DNA of 20,607 bases, from positions 1-20,607 of the forward strand of contig CAZMIT010000021.1 in the NCBI GenBank assembly GCA_964566495.1. Direction: 5' to 3'. This document shows positions 8,235 through 16,623 of the stretch, in pieces. Under the pieces are notes generated by a model. The model was given only the letters and a program-made list of their open reading frames with translations, was not told the origin of the DNA and did no database searches. The position numbers and the translations under genes are program-made. This DNA is from an uncultured bacterium. GTDB taxonomy: Bacteria > T1Sed10-126. Within the stretch, counting starts at the first letter, position 1. Each line of letters begins with the position of its first letter.

Positions 8235-9197
8235 ATGAATAGACGTCAAGCCTATGAGGTTGTTTTAGTCGCTGTTATTTGTATATTAGCGGTGCCCGGT
8301 TTTTTGCAAGTGCATAGCGATGCGCGGAGCGCTTCATCGGCCAGGGGCAGGAGTCAACAAATTGAGCTTGATTTACTAACGGAACGGCGTATACCGGATA
8401 CCAAGATTGACCTTGAACCTACTTCAGAACAGCAAAAAAATATTATTCGTGAGTCCTGGAGGGTAAATGTAAATGAGGCAAGCGAAGAAGAACTGAGATC
8501 AATCGATACTTTGGGTTCGAGGGATGCCCGCCGCATTGTTGATTATCGTGATCAGGGCAATGTATTTTACCGGCTGGAGGATCTGCAACAGGTCGCCCGG
8601 ATAGGCAGTTCAACCGTGGAAAAAATAAGACCGTATGCTACTGTGGGACGTAATTACATGGATGAAGCGCCCGAAGAAAGGCCGTCAGCTTCCGCAACTG
8701 CCTCAGCCGACCCGTCCGAACCTTCAGAACCCGAGGAACCGGTAACAGTTGATCTAAATACTGCCAGCGCCGAAGAATTTCGGTCCATCCCCGGAATCGG
8801 TGAAGCGAAATCCAACCGGATTGTAAATTATCGGGAGAATACCAGTTATTTTGATGAGGTTGAGGATTTTAAAAATGTTTCTGGTGTTGGCCCCGAAACT
8901 TTTGAACGGTTCAAAGAACATCTGGAAGTATCGACGTCACCGCGTGAAGCGCGGAGGTTAGCAGCTTCCGATCACGACTCATCGCAGGATGCTGATGATG
9001 GCGAACAAGTGAACATCAACACGGCGGGGATGGAAGAACTGCAGACCCTCTGGGGGATTGGTGAGGCAAACGCCCGGCGTATTATTGAATACCGGGAAGA
9101 ACACGGCGATTTTTCCGAAGTGGATGAACTGGAAAATGTTACTCGTATTGGGCCAGCAACTGTTAATAATTTACGCGGCGAGGCCACGGTTCGCTAA
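8235..9197 (+). CDS. comEA: ComEA-like DNA-binding protein with N-terminal membrane anchor and three helix-hairpin-helix modules
   Basis: Three repeats of the vNiNtAs.eEL..l.GIG...A.rIv.YR...g.F..vedl..V.giG..t pattern: VNVNEASEEELRSI, VDLNTASAEEFRSIPGIG, VNINTAGMEELQTLWGIG. Confidence 0.88.
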   Translation: MNRRQAYEVVLVAVICILAVPGFLQVHSDARSASSARGRSQQIELDLLTERRIPDTKIDLEPTSEQQKNIIRESWRVNVNEASEEELRSIDTLGSRDARRIVDYRDQGNVFYRLEDLQQVARIGSSTVEKIRPYATVGRNYMDEAPEERPSASATASADPSEPSEPEEPVTVDLNTASAEEFRSIPGIGEAKSNRIVNYRENTSYFDEVEDFKNVSGVGPETFERFKEHLEVSTSPREARRLAASDHDSSQDADDGEQVNINTAGMEELQTLWGIGEANARRIIEYREEHGDFSEVDELENVTRIGPATVNNLRGEATVR

Positions 9198-9218
9198 AAT
9201 TGAGATGGGATGATCTGA

Positions 9219-10270
9219 TTGCCAAAGAGTAAATTCAAGGACTACGAGGTAAGTGAACCCTCCTGGACTGAATCAGACCCGGGACTATTAGGCTGTATTC
9301 TGACCTTTGTTCTCCTGGTTTTGACCGCTGTGCTCTGGTATTATGCAGCTCCCGAGTATGCTCGCTGGTGGTTTACGCGGGAGCCGGAGCCGGTCAGCGT
9401 CTCAGGGGTTGATGTGCGTACGGATGGGACCATACCGGGTCGCCGCTCCCGGGAGATGGCGGTCGTTTTTTTGACGTTGGTTTCGGTGACGGCATTCTCG
9501 TCCAGGCACCTGACAATACTACTTCGCTAATCGACGGCGGCGAGGGGCAAGATCCTCAGGATAGCGACGTTCCGGATTATGACTGGGCTTATGAGCTTTA
9601 TTTACCCTTTTTCAAGACAATTGGAATTAAGCGTCTGAAATTTTTAATAAACACAGTGCCACTGAGCCAGTATATGGGCGTTCAACCGGACCTTGTAGCG
9701 CATCAGTCGGTTCATATTGATCGCCTCTATCTCCCCGATTATTCGGCCGGCTTTTTTTCTTATCGTCGTCTCCAGGCCGAAGCTCATGAAAAAGTGCAGC
9801 AGCAGGAGCTCAAGCCGGGGGAAATACTTGAGTTTGGTCCCGGAGTCAAAGGGAAAGTTCTCTTCGGCCAAACCGAGGACGTTTCTCCAGATGAAGCCGC
9901 TCACGTTATTTATCTCAAATACGGCGATGTGAGCTTTCTGCTGATGTCCCACCTCTCCGCGGAATTGGAGGAAGAACTAACTGTCGAGTGGGGGGATAGC
10001 CTGCAGGCTGATGTGCTTAAGGTGGGTCGCCACGGGGCAGCCGGCGCTACCACTGCTGAGCTGCTGGAATTTGTCCAGCCCTCATACGCCGTAATATCGA
10101 CTTCCTCTGAAAATCCGCTTAATGCTCCTGATGAGCAGGTGATTCAAAGACTTCAAGACGCCGGAGTTCGGTCAAATAATATATACAGAACTGACGAACA
10201 GGCGGATATAGCAATCTACACTGACGGCCGAGCAGTCAGGATAGAATCGGGAGCGATGCCTTCTTTTTAG
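9219..10270 (+). pseudogene. ComEC/Rec2-type metallo-beta-lactamase-fold membrane-anchored protein, split by a 1-nt frameshift in T7 (9466-9472)
   Basis: Adding one T joins ORF 9219-9530 to the downstream frame: AVVFFDVGFGDGILVQAPDNTTSLIDGG...ADVLKVGRHGA...QPSYAVIS...IYRTDEQADIAIYTDG, a 350-aa product. The shift may be a sequencing error. Confidence 0.85.
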
Positions 10271-10343
10271 CCCGACTTCATCAATAATTTCAATAGAGCC
10301 GGAACAGAAGGTTAGCGCAATTAGATTAAAGGAGTGAATATGC

Positions 10344-11036
10344 GTGGATTCGAAAGTTATAGGGAAACTCGCCATTATTTTTGCCTTGCTGGTGCTTCTT
10401 GTTTTTGGTCTCTATCACTCCAGCTCGTTTGTAATGGACATAGTAATTAACGAAGCCGCCCGCGGGGATCATCTCTATATTATTCGTATTTTTCACAGTC
10501 TTGGGGCTGAAATTGACCGTACCTCGGGAGACAATTTGCAGACTATGCACATAGCCGCTCGTGGGGGGAGTCCGGCGGTGGTTGAATACCTGTTGGAACA
10601 CGAAAAGAATGCCGGTTATGGGAAGGGAATGACGCCGCTTATCTGGGCCGCCGGTGAAGGCCACGCTGACGTGGTTGCAAAACTGGCTCTCGCCGGTGCT
10701 GATATGGAGGCGCGTATCAGACGGTTCCGGATGACCGGCTGCACTGCTCTTCACCTGGCTACTGCCCGGGGGCATTCAGAAGTCGTTAAGACCCTGGCTC
10801 TGTATGGGGCGGATATGAATGCCCGCAGTAGAGGCGATTATATGCCCGGCGCAACCGCTCTTCATATGGCCGTGGAAAACAGAGATAAGGATACCGTGAA
10901 AGAGCTTATGTACCAGATTGAACGCGGGGTTGAAGTTAATCTTGAAGACGATGAAGGGCGAACACCACTTGAACTGGCGCAGGAAAAAGTACACGATGAG
11001 ATCGCTGACATACTGGAAAAACATGGCGCCGAATAA
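10344..11036 (+). CDS. Ankyrin-repeat protein with N-terminal transmembrane helix
   Basis: GMTPLIWAAGEGH, GCTALHLATARGH, GATALHMAV, GRTPLELA. AAGGAG RBS before the GTG. Hydrophobic N-terminus LAIIFALLVLLVFGL. Confidence 0.92.
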   Translation: MDSKVIGKLAIIFALLVLLVFGLYHSSSFVMDIVINEAARGDHLYIIRIFHSLGAEIDRTSGDNLQTMHIAARGGSPAVVEYLLEHEKNAGYGKGMTPLIWAAGEGHADVVAKLALAGADMEARIRRFRMTGCTALHLATARGHSEVVKTLALYGADMNARSRGDYMPGATALHMAVENRDKDTVKELMYQIERGVEVNLEDDEGRTPLELAQEKVHDEIADILEKHGAE

Positions 11037-11051
11037 GGAGTTGGAAAAAAT

Positions 11052-14033
11052 TTGAATGATCGAAAAAAAGTATTTGTAATCCATGGACTGGGCGAAAAAG
11101 ACGGCCTGGGCCGGGAATCAGGTGGAGATCTTGATACCGTAGCTTCCAATGCTTTCCTCAGCGCCTGGATAAAAGACGAGATAAAGGGCGCCGCAGTTTA
11201 TGGAGAAGATTATGAGTATGATTTCGTCAACTATTCTGAAGGACTGCGTCACCTTGACATACATCCCGGCTGTGATCTTTATCTGCCTGACTTTCCCCTT
11301 GACGCCCTGCCGCCGCGTCTTGAGATGCACCGGATCCGGAACGAGGAGGAAGCGTTTCTTCGCCGGGACTTCTATCTGGAATTAGAAAAAATAAGAAAAC
11401 TTTTTTACCTCAATCCCGCCCCCTTTCCGGCGGCCTGGAAGGAATCTTTCAACGCTCTATTTAAAAACGGACGGAAAGTAAAAAGCGAACGTGAATTTCA
11501 CGAGATAAAAATGGCCCGGGAATACGCCGGTCTATTTTTGGCTGTCGCCCGGCAAATCAAGGCGGACGGTGGTCCCGGCGAGGTGACGGAACTAATAGCG
11601 GATTACCTGTTCGGGACAAAATTCAGGGATACCCGCGAAAAATTGCAAAATTTATTCGCTTCCAACACCAAGCAAAATATTATTGATGAGCTACCACAAA
11701 AACTGGTTCGTGAAAGGCTGCTGGTCGCCGATTCTGCAGGATTTGATTTTGCCTGCCGTGGTCGCCTCGACTGGCGCGATCAGCTAATGGGCCCCTGGGT
11801 GGAAGGTGTGTCAGTTTTTTCCAGCACATGTTTGCTTATAAAAAAACTGGACGAATGTCTCTCCCCGGACGCAAAAAAAGATCTTGCCGCCTGGCTGGAA
11901 GGTATTAAGAAATCGTTGTTAGCCTCCGCGTCTGAACTGCTGGATCTCATTGAGCGGGTGGATGAGGCAAACCCGAACAACAGCAATGTTCAGAAGATGC
12001 TTCGCCACCTGAATGAAGTAGTCTCTTACTGGGATTCTATTTCCTACCGCAGTATTATTGAATTCAACCGCGCCAGCAGCGAAGACCTCGCCGTTCAGAT
12101 AACTGAAAGCCAGACCGGACGTCCGGTTGAAAACCTGGAAGTGGTGTTCAACGTTAGCGAGGGCCCGGCCAGGTTGTCAGCGCCGGATGCCCCGGATAAC
12201 AAGGTGAAGAACATGGCCGTGCCGACAAATGAAAACGGCATCGCCCGGGCCCGGCTCGATTGTGAACAGGGCGAAAAATTTGGTGTCACCGTCACCCACA
12301 ATGATCTCGATTTTATAACTTACCCGGAAAACCTTGCGCTGAGCAAAAAATATTTTGAAGAACATCCCGACCCCGATTCGATTGAGTTCCGGCTTGTTGA
12401 GTATCTTTCTGGAGAAGAACAGCGCCAGGAGACAGGCTCGAATATCGACCGGATTGAAGCCGGCGATGAAGTTGCCTCCCGGCGGGCCTTGCAGGTGCAG
12501 TGTGAGTTGATCGAACGGGATGTGAAATATCTTGCGGAACAGGATGTGAGGCTGGTGCGGCTGGACGACCACCACCCCTATACTCCGGCTATTTTACAGC
12601 AATTGGAAGAACTGGTGGAGAAAGATCTTATCGAAGCAGTGGTTACTTCCAGTAAACCACGGGGGCAAGAACAGCCAATCGAACTCGCCCGGTGTGGTGC
12701 CGATTTGATTTACGATCAGTTTATTAAAGGGACGTCGGCGGATAACCCCGGACTTTCTCGGCTGCGGGAGGAAGCTCACTACCAGGACCTGCATATAAAG
12801 AGGGTGGAACTGGCGCTGGAAATCTCGAAACTGATTGGTTCAAAATACGATAAAACAGAAATAACCGAAAGATTATCTGAAGTAAAAACGGAAGCTGAAA
12901 TTGAAAATATAATGGAAGCCCAGGGTTGGGATCAGGAGGTTCGTGAATACGAGGAAACTCTGGAAAAATTATTGCCCCGCCTGGAAAAAGCAACCTACCG
13001 GATACGGCTCGTTAACCCGCCGCAGGACCGGGATTACTGCTCCGCTGCCGGCTGGCGCCGGTTTTTGCATCCATTGAAACTTATTTTTGGTGACAAAAAC
13101 GGCCAATTTTTTAAGGAACTATACGCTCGCTCGCGTAACGAAGCGGTTACAATCTTCTGTGCTCTCTCCCCATTCTGTGACGCCTCAATCGGTGAACCCA
13201 GTATCAACGTCGCCTCGGCGCTCAACTATTTGCGGCGTTTCTACAAGATGGATTATTTTTTCTACGCTTATGGTTCTTTCTTGTTATCCACCCGGCGAGT
13301 AAATGAGGAAGGGTTTACGATTGACTTGAGCAATCTTGTAAGCCAGATAGGCAGCCCTGCAGATGGTGGCCACGCCGCCGCTGCGACCGGTTCCCCGAAC
13401 AGCAATCCCGCTTTCCCGGAGGAGAGGTTTGACCGGGTCTCGGCCGAAAATTTTGCCGAATACATCTACTATTTGACCGACATAACTATGCAGGTAACGG
13501 GGCTGGAAATGCTTCAGGATATAGAAGAACTGCCACCGCAAAATCTCGAGGTGGGAATGCCCGACGTGCTTGAGCGGCTGGACAAGGAGGTCTATAAGCT
13601 TACGCTGAGCGGGCCCCGTGGAGAACTGGATATCTGCACCGTGATGGGCCTGCGCACCGGTAAAAACGAGGTGGATTTAACCATGCCCCTGGCCCTTGTA
13701 TATTTGAAGCAAAAATACTCGATGGACTATCTTTTTTATTCACTATCTCCGAATAAGTTGATTATGCGCAATGTTCACGATGACGTAGAGCTTATCGATC
13801 TTGACGAAACAGCACGGAAGCTTGGGACTTTCCGCGATGGAGGACATCCACGTGCCGCCGCCTGTCAGCCGCGCTTCAATCCCAAATTTGATGAAAAAAA
13901 CTTTCAGTATATCATTGACGAAAATATGGAAGAATATGTACACTTTCTCGGTAGTCGCTTAATTGAAGAACTTCCGTTTGAACAGTTCGAAGTGGAGGAA
14001 TATAAATCACCTGAGTCGGACAATACTTACTGA
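11052..14033 (+). CDS. 993-aa multidomain DHH-family phosphoesterase-like protein (Ig-like insert, DHH, two DHHA1-like domains)
   Basis: HPDPDS (12363), RLDDHHP (12558-12578), CGADLIYD, and two GGH motifs (DGGHAAAA at 13362, DGGHPRAA at 13836). Big_1-like segment at about 12087-12300. AAGGAG RBS before the TTG. Confidence 0.7.
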   Translation: MNDRKKVFVIHGLGEKDGLGRESGGDLDTVASNAFLSAWIKDEIKGAAVYGEDYEYDFVNYSEGLRHLDIHPGCDLYLPDFPLDALPPRLEMHRIRNEEEAFLRRDFYLELEKIRKLFYLNPAPFPAAWKESFNALFKNGRKVKSEREFHEIKMAREYAGLFLAVARQIKADGGPGEVTELIADYLFGTKFRDTREKLQNLFASNTKQNIIDELPQKLVRERLLVADSAGFDFACRGRLDWRDQLMGPWVEGVSVFSSTCLLIKKLDECLSPDAKKDLAAWLEGIKKSLLASASELLDLIERVDEANPNNSNVQKMLRHLNEVVSYWDSISYRSIIEFNRASSEDLAVQITESQTGRPVENLEVVFNVSEGPARLSAPDAPDNKVKNMAVPTNENGIARARLDCEQGEKFGVTVTHNDLDFITYPENLALSKKYFEEHPDPDSIEFRLVEYLSGEEQRQETGSNIDRIEAGDEVASRRALQVQCELIERDVKYLAEQDVRLVRLDDHHPYTPAILQQLEELVEKDLIEAVVTSSKPRGQEQPIELARCGADLIYDQFIKGTSADNPGLSRLREEAHYQDLHIKRVELALEISKLIGSKYDKTEITERLSEVKTEAEIENIMEAQGWDQEVREYEETLEKLLPRLEKATYRIRLVNPPQDRDYCSAAGWRRFLHPLKLIFGDKNGQFFKELYARSRNEAVTIFCALSPFCDASIGEPSINVASALNYLRRFYKMDYFFYAYGSFLLSTRRVNEEGFTIDLSNLVSQIGSPADGGHAAAATGSPNSNPAFPEERFDRVSAENFAEYIYYLTDITMQVTGLEMLQDIEELPPQNLEVGMPDVLERLDKEVYKLTLSGPRGELDICTVMGLRTGKNEVDLTMPLALVYLKQKYSMDYLFYSLSPNKLIMRNVHDDVELIDLDETARKLGTFRDGGHPRAAACQPRFNPKFDEKNFQYIIDENMEEYVHFLGSRLIEELPFEQFEVEEYKSPESDNTY

Positions 14034-14050
14034 CGCTACACCGGAATCAT

Positions 14051-14206
14051 AGAACCTACCGACGTTCCCCTCTCCCCCTGGGGGGAGAGGGTTAGCCCCG
14101 ATAGAAATCGGAAGATCGGGGCAGAAGATACGATTTCTCCATCCCGCCCCGATTTCTATCGGGGTTAGGGTGAGGGAGAGAAAAGATTTGGGGTTCGGTA
14201 GGTTCT
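14051..14206. mobile_element. Nested miniature elements: 12-bp outer inverted repeat, REP-like palindrome, inner 69-bp MITE with 16-bp TIRs and TTAG duplication
   Basis: Outer agaacctaccga (14051-14062) / tcggtaggttct (14195-14206). Inner ccccgatagaaatcgg (14096-14111) / ccgatttctatcgggg (14149-14164), flanked by TTAG at 14092-14095 and 14165-14168. Confidence 0.7.
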
Positions 14207-14252
14207 GCCGGAATCTCATGAAAGTGTCCCTTTGTCTGTAACTGTTCACCTA

Positions 14253-14290
14253 TTCCCTCCCCCCTGGAGGGGGAGGGTTAGGGTGGGGGG
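14253..14290. repeat. Intact REP-like palindrome (CCCTCCCCCCTGGAGGGGGAGGGTTAGGGTGGGGG)
   Basis: Hairpin plus GGTTAGGGTG tail. Same family as the interrupted copy at 14065-14176. Confidence 0.8.
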
Positions 14291-14347
14291 GAAAAGGGGA
14301 CATGATATTGTTCATCCGTTAATCGTCCGAAATTTGAGGAGAAAAAT

Positions 14348-16609
14348 ATGGAACTTTTCCCGGGAAACCTCTCCAACATACAAAAGCAGTATTTAGACAG
14401 CCTGAACGACTTCCAGAAGGAACAGCTCAGGGAGGCCCTGTCTATATTACCTGAGGGACGCCGGGATGGCTTAAGGCGTCTGGTCTGTACTCCAGATATG
14501 CATCTGAACAGCGAACAGCACGAGGCGCTCCTGCACCGTCACTCCAAAAACGGCCCACTGCTTATCCTCGCCGGAGCGGGGAGCGGTAAAACAGCAGTGA
14601 TGACCCGGCGGATTGTTTTCCTGATGCTGCGTGGTGTTTCGCCTACCAATATCTTTGCCACCACTTTTACAAATAAAGCGGCTAACGAGATGAAGATCCG
14701 TGCGAAAAAAATCTTCAGCCGGTCACTCGAAGAATGTAGCCCGGAAGAACAGAAAAAACTGGCTCCTTTCAAAAAAGAGCTGGAAGAAGAATCGTGGATT
14801 GGCACCTTCCACTCGCTGGGCAAAAAAATACTGGAACTCTCTTTGCCCGGAGAAAAAAGACCACTTATCAATCGTATTCATGACCATTTTTTACTGCCCC
14901 TGTCTCTGCTTGAACCTGAAGAATCCCACGAGCTTTTTGAAGAAGTTTATAATAAAAATCCCTCGCTCACGTACAGCAATCTTGAGGATCAAAAATCAAA
15001 AATATACGAGTGGAGGAACGATCTTGTTTTACCAAAAGAGGCCTATGTTAATGCAGAAAAAACGATGGAGAAGACAGCGTCCAAATTATACCGGGCTTAC
15101 CAGGAAGAAAAATTAAAATCAAGTCCTCCTGTCCTTGATTTTGCTGATTTGCTCAGTCTGCCCTCTCGTCTGCTGAGAGACGACGAAGAGGTGCGTGATT
15201 TTCTTCAGGACAAGTTCAAATACGTCCTGATTGATGAGTTTCAGGATACCAACCAGGTCCAGTTGATATTCAGTCAGTATTTGTCCAAAGAACACCGCCG
15301 CCTCACCGCGGTCGGGGATGACGCACAATCGATCTACGGCTGGCGCGGCGCGGATATTACAAACATTCAGCAGTTCAAAGAGTATTTCCCCGACGCCAAG
15401 ATCGTCCGCCTGCAGAAAAATTACCGTTCAACGCCGAACATTGTGGAAGCTTCGAACAAAATTTTTAAAGGAAGTAAAAATATAACTGAAAAAAAGCTTG
15501 AACCGGGGCAGGGGACCGGTGATGATATGGATTTTGGCGACCAGATAGCGTTGTTTGAACTTCGTGATGCTGAAGAGGAACTGGAATTTCTGTCCCATGA
15601 AATTAAGCGGCTTGTTAGAGATGAGGGATACGGTTATGGCGATATTGCCGTTTTTTACCGCGTCAATTACATGAAAGAGCCAATAAGTAATCATCTCCAT
15701 TCTAAAAACATTCACCACATGGAAATGGGTGACCGTTCGTTTCTGCACACCCCCCGGGTGGCGCTTTTTCTTTCACTTCTAAAAATTATAGAGGGCGCCT
15801 TTTTATATCAGGAGGATGACCTTGAAGATATGTTCCCTCATACGGAAGCGCTCCGGGAGTGGTGGCTGCGTGAGGGGACCCCCTTTGAAAAAAGTACGAG
15901 AATAACAATAAAAAGCGACCCAAATCTCTTCGAAGTACTGGTCGACTCCCGTCGGACCCGCACCTTCTGCAATAAGCTAACCGATACGGAAAAAGAATTC
16001 TTTCAACAGGAATCACAACTGCTCACGGATCTTTTCGGCAAATTGCTTAAAGATGGAAAAGTTGTCGGCCTGGTCCCGGAGGTTGCACCTATATTAAAAA
16101 TTCGCTTACCGGGAGAGAAAACAAAATTACCCCCGAATTCCTTTTCCGCCCTGTTTATAGACTGGGTCAAAGAGACCTCGAAAGGAACAGGTAAACAGGG
16201 GCTGATAACATTCATGGACAATGTTGAACAGCAAAAACACGATCCCCAGTTTGTTCCCGGCAATCCCGAGAACTTCGTCAAGTTGACCACGCTTCACGGG
16301 GCGAAGGGGCTGGAATTTCCCGTCGTATTCTTCACCGGCCTCGAGGAGGGCATGTGTCCCTACAAACATTCCAGTGAGTCAAAAATCAGCCGGGCTCGTC
16401 TGGCGGAAGAAAAAAGATTGTTTTACGTTGGAGTCACCCGTGCTGAAGAAATTCTTTACCTGACCTGGGCTAAACGGCGCACCGTCTTTGACAGGGTCAA
16501 CAAACAGGAGCGGAGCCGTTTTTTACAACTGCTGCCGGGTAAATTCGTCGACCACTACCGCCCCAACCGTTCCCTCTGGAAGAAAATAAAGGATTTTATC
16601 TTCAGTTAG
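14348..16609 (+). CDS. UvrD/PcrA/Rep-family superfamily 1A DNA helicase
   Basis: Motifs LAGAGSGKT, TFTNKAANEM, GTFHS, DEFQDTN, GDDAQSIYGWRGA, NYRST, TLHGAKGLEFP, EEKRLFYVGVTRA. GAGGAG RBS. Confidence 0.95.
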   Translation: MELFPGNLSNIQKQYLDSLNDFQKEQLREALSILPEGRRDGLRRLVCTPDMHLNSEQHEALLHRHSKNGPLLILAGAGSGKTAVMTRRIVFLMLRGVSPTNIFATTFTNKAANEMKIRAKKIFSRSLEECSPEEQKKLAPFKKELEEESWIGTFHSLGKKILELSLPGEKRPLINRIHDHFLLPLSLLEPEESHELFEEVYNKNPSLTYSNLEDQKSKIYEWRNDLVLPKEAYVNAEKTMEKTASKLYRAYQEEKLKSSPPVLDFADLLSLPSRLLRDDEEVRDFLQDKFKYVLIDEFQDTNQVQLIFSQYLSKEHRRLTAVGDDAQSIYGWRGADITNIQQFKEYFPDAKIVRLQKNYRSTPNIVEASNKIFKGSKNITEKKLEPGQGTGDDMDFGDQIALFELRDAEEELEFLSHEIKRLVRDEGYGYGDIAVFYRVNYMKEPISNHLHSKNIHHMEMGDRSFLHTPRVALFLSLLKIIEGAFLYQEDDLEDMFPHTEALREWWLREGTPFEKSTRITIKSDPNLFEVLVDSRRTRTFCNKLTDTEKEFFQQESQLLTDLFGKLLKDGKVVGLVPEVAPILKIRLPGEKTKLPPNSFSALFIDWVKETSKGTGKQGLITFMDNVEQQKHDPQFVPGNPENFVKLTTLHGAKGLEFPVVFFTGLEEGMCPYKHSSESKISRARLAEEKRLFYVGVTRAEEILYLTWAKRRTVFDRVNKQERSRFLQLLPGKFVDHYRPNRSLWKKIKDFIFS

Positions 16610-16623
16610 ACCGAACAATCCTC

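Noticed and set aside
9219..10270. Two independent genes (103 aa and 204 aa)
   Set aside because: The MBL N-terminal motifs lie in the second frame upstream of 9656 and join the first ORF at the T7 tract.
11052..16609. Gabija or another named defence system
   Set aside because: No OLD/TOPRIM ATPase partner is present, and the upstream gene is DHH-like, so no named system fits.
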